Shown one piece after another: positions 8,879 through 16,876 of a DNA stretch of 24,500 nt. The DNA is from an archaeon (lineage in GTDB: Archaea > SpSt-1190 > DYHY01). The stretch lies in the NCBI GenBank assembly GCA_043803745.1, contig JAZDJS010000028.1, forward strand, positions 1 through 24,500, written 5' to 3'. How positions within the stretch are numbered: the first letter of the stretch is position 1; each line of letters opens with the position of its first letter. The notes beneath the pieces are model-generated. The model did not search any database, was not told the DNA's origin, and worked only from the letters and a program-made list of their open reading frames with translations. Both the position numbers and the translations under genes were made by a program.

Positions 8879-9109
8879 ATGGCAAGAAGGAACGTCACCT
8901 CGATACAGGTCAGCCCACAGCTTCTCAGCCTCCTGAAAAGGAGGAAGTTCGCCGAGAAGGAAAGCTATGAGGAGGTAATCCTTTCTCTGATAGAGGATGT
9001 CACCGAAATTTCCGAGGAAGCAAAGGAGGAAATCGCCTCGGCCAGACGTGAGGCAAGAGCCGGAAAAGTCGTTCCCTTTTCAAAGGTCCGGAAGGGACTG
9101 GGTATTTGA
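8879..9109 (+). CDS. Putative antitoxin (RHH-like N-terminus), RelB-type partner
   Basis: TSIQVS...ESYEEVILSLIE N-terminus and GKVVPFSKVRKGLG tail; TGATG overlap with relE; TTTAAA at 8850 favours ATG 8879. Confidence 0.8.
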   Translation: MARRNVTSIQVSPQLLSLLKRRKFAEKESYEEVILSLIEDVTEISEEAKEEIASARREARAGKVVPFSKVRKGLGI

Positions 9110-9360
9110 TGTACGAGGTTTTTTTCACTGAACGGGCCCGGGACCAGCTTGGCAAGCTTCCAAGAGAAGACAGGGAGAGGATTTCCCGGGCAATTGAACG
9201 GGCTCGGTTCAGGCCCTTCGACTATTTCATCCGGCTTGTCGGGGACAGCGCACACAAGCTTAGGGTCGGCAACTACCGGATTATCGCCGACATTGACGGA
9301 AAGAAACTGGTAATCCTGGTTCTTAGGGTTGCCCACAGGAAAAACGTTTATGACCTCTGA
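9109..9360 (+). CDS. relE: RelE/ParE-family toxin
   Basis: YEVFFTERARDQL..., KLRVGNYRII, C-terminal HRKNVY. Confidence 0.9.
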   Translation: MYEVFFTERARDQLGKLPREDRERISRAIERARFRPFDYFIRLVGDSAHKLRVGNYRIIADIDGKKLVILVLRVAHRKNVYDL

Positions 9361-9361
9361 A

Positions 9362-9943
9362 TCAGTTCTGCTTCTCAACAGTCCCGCCGGTTGAAACGCG
9401 CCCGCCCTTCCACTGCCCGTCATATGCCCTGTGCAAATCCCCGACAGCCTGCTTGAAGACAACCCCGAGCATCCGGGCTCCGAGTTCGAACCTGAACGGC
9501 GCGCCTCCAAGGTTCGCGATTGCAAAGGTCAATTCACCCTTGTATCCCGGGTCGGTTTTCGTTCCCATGAGGTAGACCCCGCACCGGTGCAGCGTGCTCC
9601 TCGGGTAAATATGTATCATCAGATGGACGGGCGGCTTTCCCTCCTCGACAACTATCTTCTCGGCAGGGGCGTGGACTTGTTCAACCGTCTTCACAAGGAA
9701 ATAATCTCCCGGAGCCATTACAACAACCTTGTTCCCGTCAGTCTTGATATCCGCTATCTTGACGATTTCCGGGCTCCGCCTTTCAGCTACCCCGAGGAAC
9801 CCCTCCCCCGAAAGCTTGTAGACCTCTCCCGCCCGGAGGTCGAACCCGACCCCTTCCGGATTCTTCAACTCTCTCTCAGAAAGGCCCTCAATCAGCTTGT
9901 GCTTTTCGTTAAGTTCAAGGATTCTCTTCGCTGTCAGAATCAT
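9362..9943 (-). CDS. dCTP deaminase/dUTPase superfamily protein, probably a dUTPase
   Basis: GFDLR, PRSTLHRCG, TDPGYKGELT, YDGQW. No Glu at the deaminase position after DPGY. Confidence 0.85.
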   Translation of the reverse strand: MILTAKRILELNEKHKLIEGLSERELKNPEGVGFDLRAGEVYKLSGEGFLGVAERRSPEIVKIADIKTDGNKVVVMAPGDYFLVKTVEQVHAPAEKIVVEEGKPPVHLMIHIYPRSTLHRCGVYLMGTKTDPGYKGELTFAIANLGGAPFRFELGARMLGVVFKQAVGDLHRAYDGQWKGGRVSTGGTVEKQN

Positions 9944-10446
9944 TTTATCACAACTTCGGAGATTCCAGGAATCGCCTTCAGCTTCGTCAGGAGGTCTCCT
10001 GCAAGCTTCTGGTCCGTCACGACAACAATCTTCGGGTCGGACACGATTCCCGTGTCATCGGCGATAATCTGCCTTATCGAAACCCCCGAATCGGAAATTT
10101 CCTTCGTGATCCTCGCAAGGACGCCCGGGTTTTTCGCCGAATCGGTCCCCTTGAGCTCGATTACCCCCAGGTTGTTCTCGATTGCAACGTCGGAGAGGTC
10201 GAGAGTCGCCTTGAATTTCGAGAAAATCCTCTTCAGCTCCGGATTCCCGAGTATCGTCTTCTCGGCGGCGGTTACCGCGCGCCTGTCAACTCCGATTGAG
10301 CGGGAGAATTTCGAGTCGGAAATCTCGACCCCGTTGCAGAATATCCCGCCTTTTTCCCCTACGGAAAACCCGCGCTTCAGCATCTCAAGCGCAACGGTTT
10401 TCTGAGCAGGATACCTGTCCAAAAGAAGTTTTATCTTCTCCCACAT
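9940..10446 (-). CDS. ACT-domain protein (COG2150-like predicted regulator)
   Basis: YPAQKTVA..ML..GFSV, GVDRR, PGVLARIT...GVSIRQII; ATGA overlap with the next gene. Confidence 0.85.
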   Translation of the reverse strand: MWEKIKLLLDRYPAQKTVALEMLKRGFSVGEKGGIFCNGVEISDSKFSRSIGVDRRAVTAAEKTILGNPELKRIFSKFKATLDLSDVAIENNLGVIELKGTDSAKNPGVLARITKEISDSGVSIRQIIADDTGIVSDPKIVVVTDQKLAGDLLTKLKAIPGISEVVIK

Positions 10447-10660
10447 ATCTGGGAGGGCAGGCCAGGTGGTTTTTAACCATTTTGCCGAAGCCTGCTTTGC
10501 TCAAAAAGCAGTATTTGCCCGCAAAGTCAATGTGTTGTCTCACGTTGCCGGCGTCCCGTCTTCAAGGTCCGGAGTTAAGATACCTGGAAAAATATTCCGC
10601 CCCGAGCCCTTGCCGCCTTTCCTACACTAAGCTTTTAAATTCAAATTGATTACCACTAAC

Positions 10661-11398
10661 ATGGGGATAACTGGTATATACTTTCACACAGCAGAGAAAA
10701 TGCCCGAGATTCCTGATGGCACCGTTCAGCTGTGTTTTGCGTCCAATCCATATTCAGGCAGGCCGGATGGCAAGCTTGACAAGGAAGAATACTTGGCTTT
10801 TTTAGGAACCGTCTACTCCGAATGTTTCCGGACTCTCAAGCCGGGCGGAATATTCGTGACCCTGAACACGGACCTGCGGGACCACGCAAAATACAACCGC
10901 GGCGACCGGAGATTTGACGGAAGACTCTGGCGCAAGCACAACGATATTGCGCTAGTTGCCGAAGATTTGGGATTAAGACATTTCTGGACCGTGATATGGC
11001 AGAAAACGGCAGGAATTCCCGAGGTGAAGTATTTCGACGGAAGGATAATCGGTTATTCCTACGTCCAATTTTTCTGCAAAGATCGCCTGCCTCCGGGAGG
11101 GAATCCTCTTGAGGAACATCCCGATGTCTGGCCTTTGGAAGACGCGATGATAAGAGTTGATTCGAACGGATATGAATTTACCGAAGCTATTCATCCGGAA
11201 ATACCAAGAAGATGCATTAGGCTGTTTACGAAGGAAGGCGATGTTGTTTTGGCGCCGTTCACAGGGTCAGGAACAGTGCAGGCAGCGGCCCATGAGCTGA
11301 ATAGGAATTGGGTTGGCTATGAAACCAACAAAAATCTCGAAAGGCTCATTTCCGAAAGCATATTCGGCCCAATACGACCGGACATCTACAAAGCCTAG
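10661..11398 (+). CDS. N4-C/N6-A DNA methyltransferase-like protein (beta order) with atypical motifs
   Basis: Motif IV reads SNPY, then RTLKPGG, DVW, HPE, and motif I reads VLAPFTGSGT followed by RNWVGYE; TTTTAAAT upstream. Confidence 0.85.
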   Translation: MGITGIYFHTAEKMPEIPDGTVQLCFASNPYSGRPDGKLDKEEYLAFLGTVYSECFRTLKPGGIFVTLNTDLRDHAKYNRGDRRFDGRLWRKHNDIALVAEDLGLRHFWTVIWQKTAGIPEVKYFDGRIIGYSYVQFFCKDRLPPGGNPLEEHPDVWPLEDAMIRVDSNGYEFTEAIHPEIPRRCIRLFTKEGDVVLAPFTGSGTVQAAAHELNRNWVGYETNKNLERLISESIFGPIRPDIYKA

Positions 11399-12558
11399 GC
11401 TCCGCGTCCCGAAACTATCTTCACGATATCCCCGCTTTTCAGTCGGGTTTCCGCGGAAATTCTCATTTTCGTCCGGGCGTTAACCGCCGAGATGAAGTTT
11501 TTCGCAAGGTCCGTGTGTATTGCCCCCGCAAGTTCCGGCGGGGTTGAGCCGTCCGGGAGCAGGACCGCGTCCGGAAGGATGTTTCCCGCCTTGTCGGAAT
11601 ATTTCCCCTCGTTCTCTACCGGATAGACTACTATTTTCCCAAGGAGCTTGAAAGCAGCAGTTTCGATTGTCTCCTCGACCCCGGTTGAGGCGTATTTCTC
11701 GATTTTCTTCCCGATTACACCCAGGGCCCTTTCCTGCTCGGGTGCGAGTTTCCCGATTATTGAGAATTTCCCGGCTCCCGGCGAATAGTCTATCAGCCCC
11801 CTTGCCGCAGCCTGGCGGAGCGCAAGTTCCCCCTCGGAAAAAACCGGGACAATCGGGATTTCGGGAAATTCCTTCTTCAGCTTCTCGAAATTCCCCTCGG
11901 AATCGGGAAGATCTATCTTGTTAGCCGCGATTATTATCGGCTTCGATTCTTTCCGGAGTATTTTCGCGAACTCAAGGAGACTGTCCTCCTTCGGCGAGAA
12001 GTTCTGCAGAACCCGCGCAACCCGGTCCCTCCCGATATTCAGGCCGGAAAGTATGTCGGAAAAAACGTCAATTGCCTTTTCCATTTTCAACCTTCTTTCA
12101 ACAACCTTCCAATGCTTTTGGAGGATTCCCTCGAACCACCAGTCTATCTCCTCTGAAAGGAAGCGAACGTCTCCGGCCGGGTCGTGCCCGCGGGTAAGGT
12201 TCCCTTCCGCATCGGTTGTTCCGGAGACGTCAACAACGTGAATCAAACAGTCCGCCCTTGCAAGGTCGGTGAGGAACTGGTTGCCAAGCCCGCGCCCCTC
12301 ATGCGCGCCCGGAACCAGTCCCGCAACGTCAAGGAGCTCGACCGGGACATAGCGCGTTCCAGCTTTGCAGGAGCCGTGCTTCGGGTTGCAAGTCACCTTA
12401 AGTTCCGCGCACGGGCATTTCGCCCGGACATATGCAATCCCGCGGTTCGGCTTGATTGTCGTGAACGGCCTCGGGGAAATCGCAACGTCAACCAGTGTCG
12501 CCGCCTTGAAGAAGGTCGATTTCCCGCTTGAGGGCTTGCCAACAATCCCTATGAGCAA
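11395..12558 (-). CDS. ychF: YchF/Obg-family translation-associated GTPase/ATPase with TGS domain
   Basis: GKPSSGKST, PFTTIKPN, DVAGLVPGAHEGRGLGNQFL, NKID, IHTDL; TTG start after an SD-like AGAGGT. Confidence 0.92.
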   Translation of the reverse strand: MLIGIVGKPSSGKSTFFKAATLVDVAISPRPFTTIKPNRGIAYVRAKCPCAELKVTCNPKHGSCKAGTRYVPVELLDVAGLVPGAHEGRGLGNQFLTDLARADCLIHVVDVSGTTDAEGNLTRGHDPAGDVRFLSEEIDWWFEGILQKHWKVVERRLKMEKAIDVFSDILSGLNIGRDRVARVLQNFSPKEDSLLEFAKILRKESKPIIIAANKIDLPDSEGNFEKLKKEFPEIPIVPVFSEGELALRQAAARGLIDYSPGAGKFSIIGKLAPEQERALGVIGKKIEKYASTGVEETIETAAFKLLGKIVVYPVENEGKYSDKAGNILPDAVLLPDGSTPPELAGAIHTDLAKNFISAVNARTKMRISAETRLKSGDIVKIVSGRGA

Positions 12559-13079
12559 AGCCGGCCAACCTCTTCAAGGAGCTTTTTCAGGTTCTCCAGC
12601 TGCCTGCATTCCCCGAATTCCTTCCTGAATGAATCGATGACTTCCTCATGGGTCGCAATCCCGCCGGGAAAAATCCTCTTGTCAGCATAGGAAAGGAGTC
12701 TTTCTTCCATTGTCAAGGGCATGTAGATTTTCCCTGCCGGGAGTCCGATTTTTGCAGCCTCCTCATCGTCAATCCCGCTCCCGAGGTGCCGCTCAATCAT
12801 TTTGCATATTTCCTCGTCAACGCCGTAGGAGCGGACAATAGCGGCGCCGACAACGCCGTGGTGGGGTCCTTCCGAGCGCGCCCTTGCAATGTCATGTAGG
12901 AGCGCCGCGGCAAGAAGGGCGGGCAGGTTTATCTTCAGCTTCGGGCCTATTTTCTCCGCAAGGGTTTTCGCATAGTTGCGCACACTGATGCAGTGCTCGA
13001 TCACGTTCTCTGGCGTTCCTTCCCGCTTGTGTATTGACATGCATTGTTCTTCAGTTGGAATCATTTTCTTTTTCTTCAC
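12549..13079 (-). CDS. HD-domain (HDIG-like) phosphohydrolase
   Basis: VIEHC, ALLHDIAR, HGVVGA, ERHLGSG, EERLLSYADK; alternative start ATG 13064. Confidence 0.88.
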   Translation of the reverse strand: MKKKKMIPTEEQCMSIHKREGTPENVIEHCISVRNYAKTLAEKIGPKLKINLPALLAAALLHDIARARSEGPHHGVVGAAIVRSYGVDEEICKMIERHLGSGIDDEEAAKIGLPAGKIYMPLTMEERLLSYADKRIFPGGIATHEEVIDSFRKEFGECRQLENLKKLLEEVGRLCS

Positions 13080-13134
13080 TCCATCTCATTTATTCTAGGC
13101 TCAGACTTCGCCCAGCTGCGCCGGACTTCTTCAT

Positions 13135-14088
13135 TCAGCGCGTCCGGCTCGGCTTTCCTTCGCTCATGTATTCGCAGAACCGGCAAGTCTCCCTTGAGGA
13201 GAGTTCCCCGCAGTTTCCGCATATCCTTGGCTCCGCCCTAAAAAAGCCTTTGCGCAAAACGGGCAGTATTCTGTCCGCTGTCGAGACAATCGAGTATTTT
13301 GTCCCCGGATGGGCATCCTCAATCGAGTTCATCGCGTTCCTAACAGTTTCCCGCAGGGCTGTCGAGGCATAGGGGCAGACGGCTGAATCGAATTCCCAGC
13401 CGTTGAGCATCGCAAAGACGGCAACCTCCCTTTCCGGAATAATCCTCAGGGGTTTCACCCTCTGGACGAACCCCTTGAATCTCGAAACCCCGACCTTCGC
13501 CCCGAGCCTGACCATCTTCTGGACGTCGCCCCTTACGAAATCCATTATGACGGATTCAGCCTCATCGTCAAGGTTGTGGCCGGTCGCAACCTTCGTGCAG
13601 CCTTCCCGCTGGGCAGCCTTGTTAAGGAGATAGCGTCTGATGACTCCGCAGTATGAGCAAGGAGTCAGCCCCTTCCCCTCGGAATCCCTCGGAATCCCTC
13701 GGACAACCGAATCAAGGGGTTTCCCGAATTCCTTCCTTGCGGAAATGACTATGTGTTTTATCCCCAGCTTCTTGCACGTCTTTTTGGCAAGCCCAAGGGA
13801 ATGCGCCCTATATCCGAAAATCCCCTCGTCAACTGTTATCGCAACAATGGAGATGTCCTTCCTTTTCGAAAAGAGCTCGTGCAGCACATGCAAAAGGACT
13901 GTGCTGTCCTTCCCAGCGGAATAGCCAATTGCAATTCTGTCTCCGGAGGAAATCAAATCCTCCTGCGCAGTATGCCTCTTTATCCTCTTCCATGTTTTCT
14001 TCAGAAAGTGCTTCGAGCAAAGGGGCTCTCCGCAGTATTTCAGCTCGATTACCGGCCCGTTCTTGCACCCCTTGGCGAAGCAGTCCAT
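13135..14088 (-). CDS. tRNA 2-thiolation enzyme, NcsA/TtuA/Ctu1 family
   Basis: N- and C-terminal Cys/His Zn-finger motifs, PP-loop SAGKDS, CSYC, TGHNLDDEAES, CPY. Confidence 0.92.
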   Translation of the reverse strand: MDCFAKGCKNGPVIELKYCGEPLCSKHFLKKTWKRIKRHTAQEDLISSGDRIAIGYSAGKDSTVLLHVLHELFSKRKDISIVAITVDEGIFGYRAHSLGLAKKTCKKLGIKHIVISARKEFGKPLDSVVRGIPRDSEGKGLTPCSYCGVIRRYLLNKAAQREGCTKVATGHNLDDEAESVIMDFVRGDVQKMVRLGAKVGVSRFKGFVQRVKPLRIIPEREVAVFAMLNGWEFDSAVCPYASTALRETVRNAMNSIEDAHPGTKYSIVSTADRILPVLRKGFFRAEPRICGNCGELSSRETCRFCEYMSEGKPSRTR

Positions 14089-14091
14089 CTT

Positions 14092-14307
14092 CTATCCTCC
14101 GGAAATTATCGAAACAATCTCGACCTTGTCTCCCGGAGAGATTTTTTCGGATTCGGCAACAAGCCTTCCGTTCCGCCGGACAACGACGGTTTCCCTGTTT
14201 ATCCCGAGCTTTTTCAGCAGATTCTCGAATGTCTCCCCGGGGCTTATCTCCTCGCGGGAGGATTTCCCCGGAATCCTCTTGACAAGTATCTTGAATCTTT
14301 TGGTCAT
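14092..14307 (-). CDS. Ubiquitin-like sulfur carrier (SAMP2/ThiS/MoaD family)
   Basis: 71 aa, beta-grasp pattern (VVVRRNG, GDKVEIV), C-terminal SGG; 3 nt upstream of the ncsA-like gene. Confidence 0.92.
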   Translation of the reverse strand: MTKRFKILVKRIPGKSSREEISPGETFENLLKKLGINRETVVVRRNGRLVAESEKISPGDKVEIVSIISGG

Positions 14308-14323
14308 TTGGTTTCCGCCCCCG

Positions 14324-14386
14324 CAGCCTGTTTTATGCTTAATCCCTGGCAGTTCTTCTCAGGCGTGCCGAACATAAAACAGGCTG
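14324..14386. repeat. Perfect 14-bp inverted repeat with 35-nt spacer
   Basis: CAGCCTGTTTTATG (14324-14337) / CATAAAACAGGCTG (14373-14386). Confidence 0.9.
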
Positions 14387-14449
14387 GCGAAACTTTCGGC
14401 GCGATTCTCAACCGGAAGAATTAAAACCCGCCTTCCATTTCATCGGAGA

Positions 14450-15664
14450 ATGTTCGGTCCGAACCTCCAGAGAATCCGCAGCGACTTTCCCGTCCTTTCC
14501 CGATGCACCTACTTCGACAACGCCTGCATGACTCTCAAGCCCCGCCAGGTAATCGAGAAAATGAACGAATATTATTCCGAATACACCGCCTGCTCGGGAA
14601 GGAGTGCCCATCGGCTTGCCGACCGGACCGGGACGGAAATGGAGCTTGCCCGGGCTGCAATTGCGAGGCAGATTGGGGCTAAAAGGGACGAGGTGGTTTT
14701 CCAGCGGAACACGACCGAGGGGATAAATCTCGTAGCAGGCTCGCTTGAATTTTCCAAAGGGGACGAGATTCTCACAACCGACATCGAGCACAACTCGAAC
14801 CTCCTTCCCTGGCAGAAGGCGGCGGCAATCTCGGGGGCGACCCACAGGGTGATTCCCACCAATTCCGAATTCCAGCCAGATTTCGACTTTCTTGCTTCGG
14901 AGCTGAAAAAGGGGCGGGTGAAGCTTGTCGCGCTTCCCCTCGTCTCAAACATATCCGGCACAAGGATGCCTGCTGAGAAGATTTCCCGCCTTGCCCATTC
15001 AGCCGGCGCACTCGTCCTTGTTGACGGCGCACAGGGAGTTCCATCCTCAAGGACATCCGTTTCATCCCTTGGCTGCGACTTTCTTTGCTTCTCCGGACAT
15101 AAGATGTGCGGTCCGACGGGAACCGGAATTCTCTGGGGGCGGAAAAAACTCCTCGAGGAGCTGCCGCCTTTCCTTGTCGGAGGGGAGACTGTCGCGAACT
15201 CCACGTATTCCTCCGCCGATTATGAAAAGCCGCCGGCGAAATTCGAGGCAGGCCTCCAGGATTATGCGGGAATAATCGGGCTCGGGGCCGCTTCCAACTA
15301 TTTGCAGAAACTCGGGTTCGGCTTCATCGAGGGCCGGAAGAGAAAGCTCGTCAAGGTTCTTGTGGAAGGACTCCGGAAAATTCCGCAGGTGAGGCTGATC
15401 TCTCCTGAACGCCCGGCGGAATATTCCTCCGCCCTTGCGAACTTTTCAGTCGAGGGCCTAGACCATCACCAGGTCGCAATAACCCTTGACGAGGTCGGGA
15501 AAATCGCGCTGAGGAGCGGGCGCCACTGTGTCCATTCCTGGTACAATTCCAGGAAAATTTCCGGCTCAGTGAGGCCGAGCCTCTATTTCTACAACACCGA
15601 GGGCGAGGTTGAATTTTTCCTGAAAACCCTTTCAAGGATAGTCAGCGACCTTTCCCCAGCCTAA
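14450..15664 (+). CDS. sufS: Cysteine desulfurase, SufS/CsdA type
   Basis: YFDNA, NTTEGIN, EHNSN, DGAQ, SGHKMCGPTG (PLP Lys), FEAG, RSGRHC (catalytic Cys). Confidence 0.92.
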   Translation: MFGPNLQRIRSDFPVLSRCTYFDNACMTLKPRQVIEKMNEYYSEYTACSGRSAHRLADRTGTEMELARAAIARQIGAKRDEVVFQRNTTEGINLVAGSLEFSKGDEILTTDIEHNSNLLPWQKAAAISGATHRVIPTNSEFQPDFDFLASELKKGRVKLVALPLVSNISGTRMPAEKISRLAHSAGALVLVDGAQGVPSSRTSVSSLGCDFLCFSGHKMCGPTGTGILWGRKKLLEELPPFLVGGETVANSTYSSADYEKPPAKFEAGLQDYAGIIGLGAASNYLQKLGFGFIEGRKRKLVKVLVEGLRKIPQVRLISPERPAEYSSALANFSVEGLDHHQVAITLDEVGKIALRSGRHCVHSWYNSRKISGSVRPSLYFYNTEGEVEFFLKTLSRIVSDLSPA

Positions 15665-16128
15665 GCGGAGATGTCTGCTTCAACTGCTCCGGAAATTCGG
15701 ACAATTTCCCTCGGGGAAATCCTCAGCAGGCTCTGGGAATCTCCTCCTCCGCCGAGGACAAGCTCGCGCCCAAGAACAAGCGGGTCAATCAGTATTTTCA
15801 GGCCCTTAAAACCCTCGAAAACCGGCGGAACGCCTCCCGCCGGATAGCCCGTTGTTTCAAGGACCTCCTCGGGGCTCGCAATCCGCACCTTTCCCGTGCC
15901 GCAAAGGAGCCTGAACTTTCCAAGGTCAAGCCTTTTGTCTCCGGGGATTATTGCTATAATGGGGACGTTTTCAGCAAGGACAACGACGGTCTTTATCAGG
16001 TCCCCTTCTCCAACGCCCGCCTCCTTCGCGGCTTCGGCAACGGTGTGAACGCTTCCCGAGAACGAGATTATTTCCCCGGCGGCTCCGCGTTCCTTCAGAA
16101 ATGCTTCCAGCCGTTCCCTCGATGACAT
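15661..16128 (-). CDS. YbaK/EbsC-family aminoacyl-tRNA deacylase
   Basis: HTVAEAA, LIKTVV, TGYPAGGVPP, GGG; true start ATG 16128. Confidence 0.9.
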   Translation of the reverse strand: MSSRERLEAFLKERGAAGEIISFSGSVHTVAEAAKEAGVGEGDLIKTVVVLAENVPIIAIIPGDKRLDLGKFRLLCGTGKVRIASPEEVLETTGYPAGGVPPVFEGFKGLKILIDPLVLGRELVLGGGGDSQSLLRISPREIVRISGAVEADISA

Positions 16129-16159
16129 TGCGCTATCCCCCGGCAGGAACGTGAGAAAC

Positions 16160-16167
16160 TTTATAAA
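16160..16167. promoter_or_regulatory. Palindromic TATA box between divergent genes
   Basis: TTTATAAA lies ~31 nt from the minus start (16128) and ~25 nt from the plus start (16193). Confidence 0.55.
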
Positions 16168-16192
16168 ACAGCGGCAAATTGGCTTTTCCACA

Positions 16193-16618
16193 ATGGCAGT
16201 TGCAAGAATGTTGCTAACGAAAATCGAAGGGAAGCTTAACGAAGATGCAAAGGTAGAGGGGGGCCAGCTTTCAATCTCAACGAACAGCAGGGTCGAGCAC
16301 ATTGCAATTGAGGACATTGGCAAGCAGAAGGTTGTAGTTGCCAAATGGGGACTTGATGTCGAATACTCCCCGAACGTCGGCAAGATAGTCGTGGAGGGCA
16401 AGGTATATGTCACTGGCGACCCGGAAAAGATAACCGAAAAAGCGGGCACGGGGATAACTTTGGTTGCCGAAGAGGCGCGCCACGTCCACCAGGCAATACT
16501 CCGGCTTCCGCTGATTGTCGCAGTCAACGTTGCAAGGGAGCTCTCGCTTCCGCTTCCGATGAATTTCCCGACGGTTGAGATTTCCGGAGCTCAAAAGGGC
16601 AAGTCAAAAAGCGGATAG
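16193..16618 (+). CDS. Conserved archaeal protein, probable SecB-like fold
   Basis: Beta-rich N-half (VEYSPNVGKIVVEG), then a helix and ARELSLPLPMNFP, the pattern of archaeal SecB-like proteins; start ATG 16193. Confidence 0.65.
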   Translation: MAVARMLLTKIEGKLNEDAKVEGGQLSISTNSRVEHIAIEDIGKQKVVVAKWGLDVEYSPNVGKIVVEGKVYVTGDPEKITEKAGTGITLVAEEARHVHQAILRLPLIVAVNVARELSLPLPMNFPTVEISGAQKGKSKSG

Positions 16619-16876
16619 GGAAAAAACGGAGTAGACTTTCCCGGCGATTTCCCGCGTCTTTTTCTCGTCAAGGAGCTTCTTGAAGAGTATTTTTCCGCTT
16701 GAATAGAGTGAGAATTCCACGCCCCCGGGCGTCCGGATTACGGCAACGTAAGGGGTCACCGCAAGGATGGTTCCGATGGAATCGAGCTTGTTTCTCTCCT
16801 TCACGAGGTTTATCGCAGCCTCCTTGTCCGGCGTGACCTGATATGCAGTTTCAGAATCGCAGAGCTTGAGCTTCAT
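16604..16876 (-). CDS. Small protein resembling the C-terminal domain of long ThiF/MoeB proteins
   Basis: LCDSETAYQVTP...TPYV...FSLYSSGKILF; ATGA overlap with the thiI-like gene. Confidence 0.65.
   Translation of the reverse strand: MKLKLCDSETAYQVTPDKEAAINLVKERNKLDSIGTILAVTPYVAVIRTPGGVEFSLYSSGKILFKKLLDEKKTREIAGKVYSVFSLSAF

Noticed and set aside
9431-10405. 324-aa plus-strand ORF and similar long antisense ORFs (4211-4828, 5055-5627, 13753-14424, 14572-15204)
   Set aside because: Shadows of well-supported genes on the opposite strand, with no motifs
16129-16527. N-terminal extension of the YbaK ORF
   Set aside because: Antisense to the SecB-like gene; the YbaK domain begins at 16128
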